The notes below the pieces were generated by a model. The model was not told where the DNA came from and ran no database searches. It saw only the letters and a list, made by a program, of their open reading frames with translations. This document shows positions 44,456-58,935 of a stretch of DNA of 64,000 nucleotides, in pieces (positions within the stretch are counted from its first letter, which is position 1; each line of letters opens with the position of its first letter). The DNA comes from Eledone cirrhosa. Taxonomy: Eukaryota. Location of the stretch: NCBI GenBank assembly GCA_964016885.1, contig CAXHJY010000010.1, positions 1-64,000 on the forward strand, given 5' to 3'. The position numbers and the translations under genes are program-made.

Positions 44456-45369
44456 ATATTGAGAAACACACAGATACATGCGGACACATACATATACATG
44501 GATATATCCACTTCCATCCTTGAGTTAATGGTGCCAACCTTAACCGATGTTGCTCTATGAATAACTGGGACAAACCAATCCGAATGGATTAGACTGAACC
44601 AGTATCAGAGCTAAAAGTACATTATGAAGAGAGAAGAAACATTTAGATATAATTAGTAATAAGATGTATCATACCTAAACTGCTTCTAGATTCCTCGACT
44701 ACGTAGTTTCGTGGCATAATCAAAAACAATACATCATAGAGATATAGAGCTTTTGTGAGGTCTTCCGACTTATCAAGAGGATACCTCATTTTACTAGCTT
44801 CAAGAACACGTCTATAAGATGTGAGATAGAATCCCAAAAGGCGGAGGGGGAGTCAGTCACGTGATACAACGGTCAAGAAACAGAGCTAAGCCCCTTATAA
44901 CCCTGAAAAAAATACCACGGAGGCGGAGGGGGTATTTATATCGAGGCCGTAGAAGAGGTGGTTAAGGGGGCGAGAAGTATGAGTAATGGCAGCTTTCCAG
45001 CAGTCACTACACTTCAAAGATTACTCGACCAGGGGGAGTTATAAACAATATATTTAGAAACACACAGATACATGCGGACACACACATATACATGAATATA
45101 TCCACATCCATCCTTGAGTTAATGGTGCCTACCTTAACCGATGTTGCTCTATGAATAACTGGGACAAACCAATCCGAATGGATTAGACTGAACCAGTATC
45201 AGAGCTAAAAGTACATTATGAAGAGAGAAGAAACATTTAGATATAATTAGTAATAAGATGTATCATACCTAAACTGCTTCTAGATTCCTCGACTACGTAG
45301 AAGCAGTTTAGGTATGATACATCTTATTACTAATTATATCTAAATGTTTCTTCTCTCTTCATAATGTAC

Positions 45370-45370
<1 letters not shown>
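44451..45370 (-). mobile_element. Non-coding ~594-bp tandem unit (about 1.4 copies plus a short inversion) with HHR at 44688-44786
   Basis: 44451-44706 is repeated at 45045-45300, 45298-45370 is inverted, and (TA)n lies on both sides. Confidence 0.8.
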
Positions 45371-45467
<97 letters not shown>

Positions 45468-45583
45468 AGTTGAAATAAAATGAAAACGAAATTTCATTTC
45501 TCACTCTTAGTACGGCACTTACTTAAATGTAAGTATGTGTGTATACGTACATACATATATGTATACAGACGTACAGTAACATG

Positions 45584-45691
<108 letters not shown>

Positions 45692-45849
45692 TACATACAG
45701 GTACACATACATATATGCACGTATCAGTTTAGCGGACGCTTATTATAACGCCGCTTTGTTCGTTTGTAAACAAACTGAACAGCCTGAATTTTTATGCCGT
45801 ACGGTGTTAAGGCAACCACGTCACCTTTTTGTTCAACACTGACACAGGA

Positions 45850-45892
45850 ACGATGTACTAGTTTCAAGCTTGTTAGCTATCATCAGCACCGT
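45850..45892 (-). ncRNA. Minimal type I hammerhead (family A)
   Basis: ACGGTG-CTGATGA-TAGCT-AACA-AGCTT-GAAA-CTAG-TA^CATCGT. Confidence 0.88.
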
Positions 45893-46128
45893 ATACCCAT
45901 CTGCCAGATAGTTGAACGTTCGAAAGTATATACTTTCCTTATGAAAATTAACGGCTGAGCAGCCTAATTTGCATATCGAGTGAGCTAAGTCGGTCAGGCA
46001 TACCGAAAACGATAAGTTGAAATAAAATGAAAACGAAATTTCATTTCTCACTCTTAGTACGACACTTACTTAAATGTAAGTATGTGTGTATACGTACATA
46101 CATATATGTATACAGACGTACAGTAGCA

Positions 46129-46170
<42 letters not shown>

Positions 46171-46431
46171 CAGGTACACATACATATATGAACGTATCAG
46201 TTTAGCGGACGCTTACACACATATATGTACGTATACACACATACTTACATTTAAGTAAGTGCCGTACTAAGAGTGAGAAATGAAATTTCGTTTTCATTTT
46301 ATTTCAACTTATCGTTTTCGGTATGCCTGACCGACTTAGCTCACTCGATATGCAAATTAGGCTGCTCAGCCGTTAATTTTCATAAGGAAAGTATATACTT
46401 TCGAACGTTCAACTATCTGGCAGATGGGTAT

Positions 46432-46474
46432 ACGGTGCTGATGATAGCTAACAAGCTTGAAACTAGTACATCGT
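46432..46474 (+). ncRNA. Minimal type I hammerhead (family A)
   Basis: Identical to 45850-45892 in the opposite orientation. Confidence 0.88.
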
Positions 46475-46623
46475 TCCTGTGTCAGTGTTGAACAAAAAGG
46501 TGACGTGGTTGCCTTAACACCGTACGGCATAAAAATTCAGGCTGTTCAGTTTGTTTACAAACGAACAAAGCGGCGCTATAATAAGCGTCCGCTAAACTGA
46601 TACGTGCATATGTGTATGTGTAC

Positions 46624-46684
<61 letters not shown>

Positions 46685-46739
46685 TGCTACTGTACGTCTG
46701 TATACATATATGTATGTACGTATACACACATACTTACAT

Positions 46740-46837
46740 ATATATCATAACTCGTGTGTTACACCTCTATTCTTTTAAATATATATATATATATATATTT
46801 AAAAGAATAGAGGTGTAACACACGAGTTATGATATAT
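46740..46837. repeat. Perfect 98-bp palindrome centred on (TA)n
   Basis: ATATATCATAACTCGTGTG...CACACGAGTTATGATATAT. Confidence 0.9.
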
Positions 46838-47062
46838 TGGTAAAAGGAAAAGAAAATGCTGACAAATTGTTCCCAGTGAAAAATAGTTTAATTAGGAATA
46901 AGTAAAAATTAGTAATAGTATTGGTTAGTATTCAGTTTTGGTTTTAAGTTTTACCGGTTGCGCATTCTAATGCTTTTCAAAAATAATTTTGAGATAGAGC
47001 GCCCGTAATGTTTGCTCTAATTAGATTAGAGCAAACATCACGCTTATGGTTGTAGGTGTATA

Positions 47063-47109
<47 letters not shown>

Positions 47110-47387
47110 GCGTGTGTGTGTGTATGTATGAATATATATATGTGTGTATGTGTGTATACACGTGTGTCTATGTATGTGTATATGTACGTGTGTATCTATG
47201 TATGTATGAATGTATTAATGTATATATGTGTGTATATATGTACGTATGTTTATGTGTATGTGTGTGAGTATAAGTATATGTGTGGGTAGATGTTTATATA
47301 TGTATGTGTATATATATATCGAGGGATAACTTGAACCGTTAAGGTATATTCTCCTTGGTTATGTCAAAATTTATGAAACACACTTCA

Positions 47388-47449
47388 TATTTCATCTGAT
47401 GATACCGTACCAAAATATTTGGTACTCTTGAAATATATATAATAGAATA
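47388..47449 (+). ncRNA. Hammerhead core in a PLE terminal fragment
   Basis: TATTTCAT-CTGATGA-..GTACCAAA..TTTGGTAC..-GAAA-TATATA-TA^ATAGAATA. A truncated homologue lies at 39131-39180 (-). Confidence 0.7.
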
Positions 47450-47641
47450 AATATGGTTTTATAAATATAGTTTCCATTTATTTAATATCATTGTATATAT
47501 ATATATATATTTTTATTATTTTCCCCCATTACATTACGTTCTATTTTTCCCGTTATTTTATGTTATATTATATATCAGCCTCGCTTTCAATTGTATTAGC
47601 TTTTGTTTTTAAATTCATATCTTACATCCATATCAAATAAA

Positions 47642-47716
47642 ATTTCGTTCTGATGAGCGATTTAAGACGTCTGTGTCGAGCTCGTCTGTCTTCGTGAAAC
47701 CTTTGGTAAATGGAAT
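47642..47716 (+). ncRNA. Type I hammerhead with all three stems closable in cis
   Basis: ATTTCGTT-CTGATGA-GCGA..TCGT-GAAA-CC-TTT-GG-TA^AATGGAAT. Confidence 0.85.
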
Positions 47717-47934
47717 AATTGTCTTGTGTTGTTTACATGACTATACATATATATATATATATGTGTGTGTAAAGTAAATGTGACTTCAAAGTTTCGCTGG
47801 TAACGGCTCGTCAAACTGTCTAATGATTCATTACTCACAAAATTTCGAAGTCACGTTGTTTATTACATAACTAAATAGCTGTATAGCTTACATAGAGCAC
47901 TCTCATTTCCGTTACTCTTCCTACGGAATCACTT

Positions 47935-47966
<32 letters not shown>

Positions 47967-48024
47967 AAATATATATATATATAAAATATATATATATATA
48001 AAATATATATATATATATATATAT

Positions 48025-48148
<124 letters not shown>

Positions 48149-48174
48149 TATATATATAAAATATATATATATAT

Positions 48175-48221
<47 letters not shown>

Positions 48222-48230
48222 TATATATAT

Positions 48231-48300
<70 letters not shown>

Positions 48301-48302
<2 letters not shown>

Positions 48303-48702
48303 CCCCTTAAATGGCAACTGTTTGATTAATAATATAATATATAAATGCACTGTGTCTACTACAGACTCCAAAAAAATATATATAGGATCTACATCAAACA
48401 CATTTAAGAAAAGATTTTACGCACTCTCTAGTAGTTTTAACAATACTAAACTAGCTAACACCACATCTTTAGCTGAAGCTGTAAATAATTATAAAAAGAA
48501 TAAAATAGATTTCAAGCTATCGTGGAACACCATTCTACAAAGAACTCCATATCTTGGGAACAGGAGGGAATGCAGATTATGTTCAGGGGAGATCTTGGAA
48601 ATTACTAAATCTAAGGACGATTTATTAAATAAAAGACAGGAACTGATTATAGTTTGTAATCACCGTATACGAAGAACATTTATATACTATAAACCTAATT
48701 AA
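48301..48702 (+). pseudogene. PLE GIY-YIG endonuclease domain, 5'-truncated; the element probably extends to ~50050
   Basis: CPLNGNC..NIIYKC...IYIGST...FKKRF...CRLC..E...LLNKRQEL...CNH, starting directly after a long (TA)n. Confidence 0.9.
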
Positions 48703-48954
48703 ATATTCTAAATAGCAACTCACTATAATTCTATGTAGTGTAACATTTGTTAGTACCTCTTTCCTCTAAGTATACGCAATCATGCTTATCTTTTACCTTT
48801 TAATGTTTTAGCTTCCTTAGGTTTATGCGTTAATGACTAAAGGCAACAAGGTACACAACCACCCGTAATTGCATGAGTAGATATATATATATAGCTATGT
48901 ATGTATGATATGGGAATATATTTGTGCATATGTATATGTATATGTATATATATA

Positions 48955-49021
<67 letters not shown>

Positions 49022-49123
49022 CTGTATGTGTGTATATATATGTGTGTTTGTGTGTGTGTATATGTGAGTATATGTGTATGAGTGATTATATATGAGTGTG
49101 TGTACATGTAGGAGTGTGTGCAT

Positions 49124-49191
<68 letters not shown>

Positions 49192-50060
49192 GTATAGGTG
49201 TGTATGTGTAAATATAGATATGTATAAATATATGGGTATATGATTATGTGTATATGTTTAAATGAGTATTTATGTTTGCATCTATTTGTGCGTATGTATA
49301 TTTTTAGTTGGGTATCAATATAACTGTACCTCTCTATATATAGTGTGGATATATGCACTTTGTGATGTATGAAATTTATGTGTTTTGACTATGTCAACAT
49401 GTATTTATATGAGTTTGATTATTTATACATAAACATACTTGATAGTATTTTAGAACGTATCATACGCTGTATTGTACTAAGTGCAATTTACTACACCGTA
49501 CTATATATTGTGTTGGTTATATTATATTATTGCAATACTGTATTTCATTATCTTATTATAATTTTTATCTTTTAATATACTATATTTCCTAGCCATGACC
49601 TTATTTATATCCACCTAAAAACTCCATACAACACAAATCATCATTTATTTTTACATTCCTTTTAAACTTCACTATACCAGATACATTCAACTATCAATTT
49701 GACAATTCCTTTCCTCCTAATAGATTTGTTATGGCAAATCTATTATTAACACCATTCAACCATTCCTTTCAAAGGGTCATGACCTCAACTAAAGTGAATT
49801 ACTTTTCATCTTAACATCATATGAACAAAAACAATTTGATTGGTTAGTTCTTCAACCATCCCCAAATAAGGACATGATACTAACATACTACTAATTCTGA
49901 ATAAAATTATTATTGCTTTTGAAAACAGCTGGTGATATGCATGTAAGTAAATATTCTCTTTATCTGATGTTCTGTAACTAACCTTACATAGATCAATAAC
50001 GAAGTATAGCTACAATGTATTATCATCTACTAGAAACGATCGTAAAACGATATATATATA

Positions 50061-50517
50061 AATGGAAAAAATGAAATTTCATTTCTCACTCTTAGCACGG
50101 CTGATACTTAAATATAAGTATGTTTCCACTTATCGTTTTCGGTACGCCCGGCCGACTAACCAACTCGATATGCAAATTAGGCTGCTCAGCCGTTAATATG
50201 CATAAGGAAAGTATATACTTTCAAACGTTCAATCGACTGACAGGAAGGGATACGGTGCTGATGACAGCTAATAAGATAGAAACTAGTTCATCGTTCCTTT
50301 GTCAGTGTTGAAAAAAAGGGCAACGACGGTTGCCGAACATTGTACGGCTTAATTCGGGCTGTTTGTTTACAAACAAACCGAACATTATAATAAATGTTCG
50401 ATAAACCCATACGCACATATATATATATATATATACAGTATATGTGTGCATGTATGTATGTATATACATACTACTGTACGTCTGTATACATATATGTATG
50501 TACATATACATACTTAT
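50061..50517 (+). mobile_element. Diverged family A copy with a short 5' inversion; HHR at 50252-50294
   Basis: ACGGTG-CTGATGA-...-GAAA-CTAG-TT^CATCGT. Stem I extends through TGACA/TGTCA. Confidence 0.8.
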
Positions 50518-50735
50518 ATATATATATATATATATATATATACAAGTAAATATGATTTGATACAGCGAGCGAGTTTGAAATTAGAATCGGAAAAAGATGA
50601 GTATTGACGTCAATACTCATCTTTTTCGATTTCTTAGAGGGTCCTAAGCCCCACTGAGAGGCTAAAACTTCTTTAGTAAAAAATACAGCAAAATCTTCTG
50701 TTTCTTATATATGTAACCAACCAATACATACTCAA

Positions 50736-50856
<121 letters not shown>

Positions 50857-51049
50857 AATATTGTTATATTTTGGGAGGGTCATATTGTCATGATATTGGC
50901 AAAAATAATTATAAAACAGATTCACTGTTTGGTTTGGATTGGATTTCGCTTCTGTACCTTTTATATATTCATGGTTAATTTATCTGGCAATCAATTTTTA
51001 TCACTGATTGACCAACGATTAAAATATAGATATAAATATATATATATAT

Positions 51050-52810
51050 ATAGTCTATCAAAGTTCTTTCATCACACACCTGTGATGCCGTCACTGGTTC
51101 TATTCTGTTTCCTCCTGTCGTATTGTAATGTCTACGCCATTTTTATTTTATTTATTTATTTATTCCTGTCTCTGGCTCTGCTTGCGCATGCGTTTGCGTG
51201 TGTGTTTTCTGTTTGGTGTATGAGTGTGTGTTTGTATTCTATCTTTGTTCACCAGTGCGTGTTTATGTGTGGTTGTTGTTATTGTACTTGTGTATATTTA
51301 TTTATTTATTTATTTATATTTACCTTAGGTCAGTATTATGTGTTTGTGTATGTTTGTTGTTATTCCATTCATTTTTTCTGTTCAACTTTGGTCTTCTTAG
51401 TTCTATCTCAGTTACTTCTCTGATTTGTCTACCTGTTGAGTCATTTCTATGTTTAGATATTATTTTAATTTCTATGTTGTCTATATTACCATCATGTCTT
51501 TGTCTGGCGTGTTCATATAGTACCGAACCGTCTTGTTGTCCTTTTAGTTCCCTTCAATGTTGGTCTATTTTCTCTCTTATGCTTCGAGCTGTCTCTCCTA
51601 TGTATGTCGTTGTCATGTTTCTGCAAGTACCTTCTGTACATCTTATGCTATAGACTACATTTCTAGTTTTACAATTCATTTGAGGATTTATTCTACATAT
51701 AACACATTTCTTATTCGTACAGTGGGGTTTCTTAAAGGGTATGCTTTGCTGATCAGGGATTTTATGGTAGTTCCTGGCTTTTCAATCACTTTAATCTTTA
51801 AATGGGTCTTTCTTAGGGTCTTTCTAAATTGGCTAGCTAATTTCCTTCCAGGGATTGCATCCACGAACATGACACTCTGGTATCTCTCGTTATCGTACCA
51901 TTAAATGGCTTTCCTTATCTTATGTTATTCCATGATTTGCTCCTGTATAATGGGCAAATTCCTTTCATGTCCATTTCTATGAGGGTCTTATATTTCTCCG
52001 TGGCTTCTTTGTATACTCTGATTCTGTCTATTTGGTTGTAGCCAGAGAACTGCATGCGATTGATGAAGTATTGGATGTCTCTTTCCATTTCAGTTGCATC
52101 GCACATGCGGGACACCTTCTTCATCATTCTTACCAAGTCTGCGATCAGAATACTAAACTTAGCACTATTGGACATTGCTGAGTTTTTTAGTATAAGGTAT
52201 TTGGAGGCTATGGGTTTAGCATAATGTGAGTGGAGAATTTGGGCCCTCTCGTTTATAATGTTTAACCAGAGTTCAGTGTCTAATACTGGTAGTCTATTGT
52301 TAGGGTGTTTGGAAGGGTAGTTAATAGTTACTGTGATGCTCTGGTGTATGGAGTTAGCTATCTGTTGGATGCTCTCCATTGTGCTATATTCTAGTTCAGG
52401 TTTATTGGTACTCTCTTGTGGAGGTGTTCTTATTACTATATTGATGTCGTCTATGTAACGAGAGTACATGACTATGGAGTTGTCTTCTAGAAGTTCTCTG
52501 AGTCTCCTTTCCCAACCTACCATAAATAGTTTGGCAACATCTCCAGCTATGCCGACGCCAATGGCTGCTCCCTCATTCTAGGTGTAGATTTTTTCATTAA
52601 ATTTAAACATGTGGCACATTTGGGTAGTTTTAATACTCGCCCCTACTGCATGTGCGACCATTTTTCTCACCTGATCGTTGTTCTTGAGTGTCCGTATGGC
52701 TTTGGTCCATCCATTCCATCTTCCTATGGGAGTCTTTTTAACCATTGAAGTTATGGTGGGGGGGGGGGGGGGTCTACCTCTTATTTGCCTACTAGAAACG
52801 GCTGAGGTCA
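51050..52810 (-). mobile_element. PLE with reverse transcriptase and C-terminal GIY-YIG, disrupted
   Basis: Reads GAAIGVGIAGDVAKLFM, YSRYIDDI, LPVLDTEL and HYAKP, then NVVYSIRC...TYIGETARS at about 51535-51665. Confidence 0.9.
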
Positions 52811-53004
52811 TAATTATATAAGTAGATATGTTTTAATATGCAGGCTCGCGTTTCAGACGCCAGCCTGCATATTAAAACATATCCGAGGAGCTTTCGATTC
52901 CAGAGTCAGGTTCGATTATTAATAGATCGTTCCTCGAGCTGATCGACAGTGAAACATATGTATATGATGCAGCACTGATTCTTTGTTCCTTTATATATTA
53001 ATAC

Positions 53005-53296
53005 TTAAGCCGTACAGTGTTTAGCAACCATCGTTGCCCTTTTGTTCAACACTGACAAAGGAAGGATGGTTGCTAAAACTGTACGGCTTAATTCGGGATG
53101 TTTGTTTACAAACAAACCGAGCATTATAATAAATGTTCGGTAGATCCATACGTACATATATGTATGTGTGCATATATGTATATGTATACATACTACTGTA
53201 CGTCTGTATACATATATGTATGTACGTATACATACTTATATTTAAGTAACAGCCGTACTAAGAGTGAGAAATGAAATTTCGTTTCATCTTTTCCAT
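53005..53296 (+). mobile_element. Family A fragment lacking the HHR core, with a 64-bp 5' inversion
   Basis: Homologous to 50289-50517 and to the reverse complement of 50061-50122. Confidence 0.8.
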
Positions 53297-53347
53297 AGAT
53301 ATATATATATATATATATACATACATATATACATGCACACACACACA

Positions 53348-53433
<86 letters not shown>

Positions 53434-53702
53434 TTTGTGCGTGTATGTGTACGTGTGTGATCTAATTGGGAAAATATTTATGTATATTCAAACAAACGTT
53501 TGTATGGATGTGATTTTACTAAAAGAAAAGTTTCAATGTCTTTTCAGTGGTTCGATTACCCGTGATGAATATTTCATTAATAACTTGCGAAATTTCCTCT
53601 TAAAATAAAGGAAGCATTATAATTACATTTTAGGAGTTCATATAAATGTTTGATTGTTTTATTTTCTTTTTCTCTGTAAATATTTCTTTTGTTGTTAACT
53701 GT

Positions 53703-54298
53703 TTAACTTAATTGTGACCTTTTAGGAATTAATTTAGAGATTTCCTTCGGGAATTTGTAGTTGCACATGTATTTGAAAATATGAGGCTCGGAGTTTGCTA
53801 AGCGCACCATTTCATTATAATTTTTCATGTGGTATGTATAGTAACTAGAGGGTTGAGTGCTGAGAAAGTAGAAATCACGGGCATTAGTAAAGTTACTAGA
53901 TCCGATGTTAATCACAAACAGTCTAGTGCCTACTTCTTTGAGCTTTCTTGTTTCTTCAAGTAAGCTATCTGTAATATTCATCGAATCTGAATCCACGAAC
54001 AATACCGCTGTCGGAGTTCCAGATCGTTCTTGATGTATCCCGCGTGTGTAGATAATGTTTCTCATTTTCCTTACAATATCACTGAGATTTGGTAAAAGTT
54101 CATGTTGATGTAGAAGCTTACTAGAATTTGACGACAGCGACGTGAGTGGGATATTAATGCCGTCTGGGCAATAAGGGAAATTTGTAACACCAAAGGACTG
54201 GTAGTTCATATATGGTAATAATGTCCTTAGAAATGTCGCGATCTTCACATTACGGCGATAACCCATAGACATCATGTCGTAACCAAACAGAATGACAC
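53703..54298 (-). CDS. VWA-domain extracellular-type protein, last exon (divergent VWA domain)
   Basis: Acceptor tctcttttaaag, phase 1, reading VILFGYDMMSMG...TAVLFVDSD...KLKEVGTRLFVINIG...LST.P to the stop. Confidence 0.85.
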
Positions 54299-55106
54299 CT
54301 TTAAAAGAGAAATAATCGACCGTAATATTAACAAACATATTTTTGTATATGATATTTGACTACATATAAAAACGGAAAGAGTAATTGGAGTAATTTTACG
54401 ATTCGGTCAATACCTATCAAATTTTGTCGAAAACAAAGTCCAGGCAAAGAGATTTTTGTGTGACGTTCGTGTCTTTCTTAATGGCTCTAGCTATATAATT
54501 GAAGCATAATAAGTATAAGAGAAAAAGAATCGAGAAGATGTGACGTTATGCCTTCTCCTAAGACAGTGTCTTCAGCGAGAGTGAAATTTCTTTAATTACG
54601 AATTGTACCTTCCTCTGTGGAACTTACACATCAGTCATCATCATTTTTCTTGATGAGGCACCTCAGAATTATACGGGTAATGAAATCAAAACTTTCTGAA
54701 GTTCAAGTTCATACCCCCCCCCCCCCCCCCTCTCTCTCTCTCTCTCTGTAATTCACACAAGATGAGAGAATCGAGGTTAACATCTAATTATGGGCAACAA
54801 TATATTTTCAATAAGGCAAGGTGATGTTGCCCGAGACAATTTCCAAAGCTCATTTGTCAGGATAAAGTTTCAGCGAGGAGAGTATTATCAGAGTATTATC
54901 GCTTAATTCCGTGATACACTACGAAATATCTGACTAGACTTTTATTTTAAATGCACTGGAATAATTGCTGGCCTTGTGCCAAAAGTAAAAATTATTATTA
55001 TTTTAGTCGTTATTTTTATAGTCATCGCTGTTAAATCAAATTAAAAGGACTCTGAGAATAAAGAAATACGGTCATTTGCTTTCATAAGAAGTGGTACGAT
55101 GCTTAC

Positions 55107-55145
55107 TTGCCTCGTCCTTCGGTAATAGTTCTGGTTTCCCTTTTG
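55107..55145 (-). CDS. VWA protein, 39-nt linker exon
   Basis: Acceptor ttttctctttcag, KGKPELLPKDEA, donor gtaagc, phase 1-1. Confidence 0.8.
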
Positions 55146-55842
55146 CTGAAAGAGAAAAGTCGTATCAGTTAAATTGGAATATTGAGATTAGTAAGTGACT
55201 AAATTGGCATAATTGATAGAGCGTCAGACAAAATACCTTCTGAGTTAAAATTCCGCCGAAGTTAACAATATCATACACCCTAACGGGGTCAATAAAATAA
55301 TATACCTGTCCAATACCGGGGCTGATATAATCGACTATTCCCAACATTCAAATTCGAAACCATGTGTGTTAGTAAAATATTGATTTGCAGATAAAATCTG
55401 TTATGACATTTTAGTTTTGAGCCCACCACAAATACTATTTTAATTCTTTGAGAAAGGTGTGATTACATTCTGACATAAAAATAGCTAGTAAAATATTTTA
55501 GTACCAATCAAGAATTTTTATGGACGTGAATTATTCACACCTATTTTAAGAGAAATATTTTGAGCAGCCCTAGGAAACAACTGACTAGAAATTCAAGTTA
55601 TTAATGTTTCATATGTTTGAGTGCTGTAAAATATCGTTGAGATGATTATCATCATTAGATTACAACTGCTACTTGTATCGGACATGAGGATGTAGGCATT
55701 ACATATCCCGTTCAATTATCTGTGCCTTCCACCAGACTCTTGCCTGATTTTATATTACTAGAAATATTTGATTTAATTGATAGCAAGTTAATTTAGTGGA
55801 ACACATTTTTCTCAAAGATTTACTTATAGAATGATTCAAACT

Positions 55843-55970
55843 TGGCATTAGATATATGGCATTAGATATATGGCGTTAGATATATGGCGTTAGATATATG
55901 GCGTTAGATATATGGCGTTAGATATATGGCGTTAGATATATGGCGTTAGATATATGGCGTTAGATATATA
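55843..55970. repeat. Minisatellite, 14-bp unit TGGC(A/G)TTAGATATA, about 9 copies
   Basis: Seen directly. Confidence 0.95.
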
Positions 55971-57358
55971 TTCTTAGACGTAGTCTTAGCTCTGCCACAA
56001 TGATTCCACGAATGGAATTGCCAGGACAAAGTTCCAATAGTTGTACGGAAAGATATCAGATAGCTTTTCATGTAGGCACATTATAATTCTTGTTTTTGTA
56101 AAACGAAATTACCAAAAGGTAACGATAATCAATTAAATACCACATCACGCGTCATCAGTCACGTCTGTAATTGTACGCCGAGTTCTTAGATTTTAAATAT
56201 ACTTCACAAATTGATCAGGTTTCACTTAATACTTGGTCACACTTAGAAATATTATCAGGGACACATTAAACTATCGCGTCACAGTTTGATAACCTCTGTC
56301 TTATCAGATATAAGACTTTAATTTCTGAGATACCCATCTATTTTATGGAATAATTCTCTTGATACATTGCAACACAGGTTAGAGAACATACTAAATACAA
56401 ATCATCCATCTCACGGTGGGTAGAACAAAACCGTCGGTTCAACGAGCTATGGTATATAACCATAAGAGTATAATTTGCAAAGCATTCTCACAAATAGAAT
56501 AAACAAAAGGATCACCCGTTCAAAGCTAACCTGGGTTACAAAATAATAATAGAATAATCAATGTATAGATTCCAAACGGCACATTTTATGAATCTTTATT
56601 TCAGAGAGTGGTTACTAACTGGAGTAAAAGCTGCATTTGGGTTAGGAATGTATCGCGTAACGAGGGGAGACCACTGTTTCGTTTCGGCCCCCAAATCGTA
56701 CTAAAAACAAACAAGGCTAACATCTGTTCTTTGGTAAATTTTGTGCATCGATCCGCACTGCGATAGAAATACAGAGAACCAATAAGTAACCACATGATTA
56801 TAAGTTAATGTGTATTTAGTTTAATTCATATTGGAAACATTCTTTGCTTTGGTTTAATAAGGCCTGTATGTCTCCCGTGCTGCTGCATTAGACTTATTGC
56901 CAGATTATTATTCATAGTAGAGATTCATTTATTTTTTAACTTTATTTTATCTTTTATTTTAAAGCTTTGAATTGGCAAGTGTCCTTTGAGCGTATGATGA
57001 GATAACTTGTGGTAATGATTTCAGCTCTGAGTTCTCAGTTCAAATTTGTGTACTACTTGAGTAGTAGACTTCATTCGTCCTCTAATTTAACGTCATTTCG
57101 TCCTTGGGTGGTTTTAGCAGAGTTCATTCTGCAGCAAGCATTTAGATCAGGACTCTAGTTTCGGAATACTCCCCCAATATCCGTCTGGAAAGAGTCAAAT
57201 ACATTATTTTCCCTCTTTGACTAAACAGTAAAAAGAATCAAAGAGGACAAGGTGATATTAGTGCTTTTGACGTATTGAAGTTGCTCACCATCAGTAATTA
57301 AAAAAAAAAAATGATTAAATTTCAAATAACTTTTATTGTTTTCAGACTTAATTCATTA

Positions 57359-58206
<848 letters not shown>

Positions 58207-58249
58207 AATATATATATATATATATATAATAAATATATATATATATATC

Positions 58250-58935
58250 CATTTGAGTATATGTTGGTTGTATACCAACACCTCGCTATGCGGATTGGAG
58301 CACTCGACGAAGTGCGCAGGTTGGTTTGGTTACTCCGGAGTCTCACCCCAGAAATAATTTCTATAGACTTTTGACTGAGGAATGCTCTCAAAACTGACCA
58401 ATGGGAGGAGTGACCTTACAAATCTTTCTAACATTAAGATTGGGTATAACACACACACATTTTATTTGATTATTTTACTTTGTTCCTTTACCATCTTATT
58501 CCTTCTACCACTTTATCATTTTTTTTAGCTGACTCCAACACCACTACCAACATAAGCGTAGAGGTCAGCTGTACTTAACAATAACAAGAAAAACCACTAT
58601 AGATTGCCTCGCCTCAGAACGAATTTCTATAGACTTTTGACTGAGGAATGTTCTCACAACTGACCAATGAGAGGAGAAGATGTCCTTTGACGCTAAAATT
58701 CGCTTGTTTAAATTCATATGATTCCAGTTCCTCAGTGAAATAACAACCCAACCAGGAACTGGGCATATCAGAGTATTGACAAAGTTAAACACCTCAACAA
58801 CACGTGTACTCGTCTCTACCACACTAATTCGGACTGGCTGAAGAGGTCACAGCCAAAAATGGCTGTCACCGAAATATATATAGCAGTAATAAACGAAGCC
58901 AAATTTTAAACATTTGACTTATTTATTTTATTTTA
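58250..58935 (+). mobile_element. PLE 3' remnant with HHR at 58833-58887
   Basis: ACTGG-CTGAAGA-GGTCACAGCCA..TGGCTGTCACC-GAAA-TATATA-TA^GCAGT, then AATAAA and (TA)n. Confidence 0.7.

Noticed and set aside
45833-46491. Identical 72-aa ORFs ([10 protein letters not shown]...) on both strands and a homologue at 50120
   Set aside because: The identity arises from the inverted non-coding repeat. They have non-ATG or variable starts and no domain.
51055-51115. HHR-like remnant at the 3' end of the RT-bearing PLE (GTGACGG..ATCACA..TGTGAT-GAAA)
   Set aside because: Too many core mismatches to call.
52935-52985. CTGATCGA-CAGT-GAAA-CATATG-TA motif
   Set aside because: No supporting stem I and an irregular core.
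55843-55970. CRISPR-like array
   Set aside because: There are no unique spacers and the context is eukaryotic. It is a simple minisatellite.
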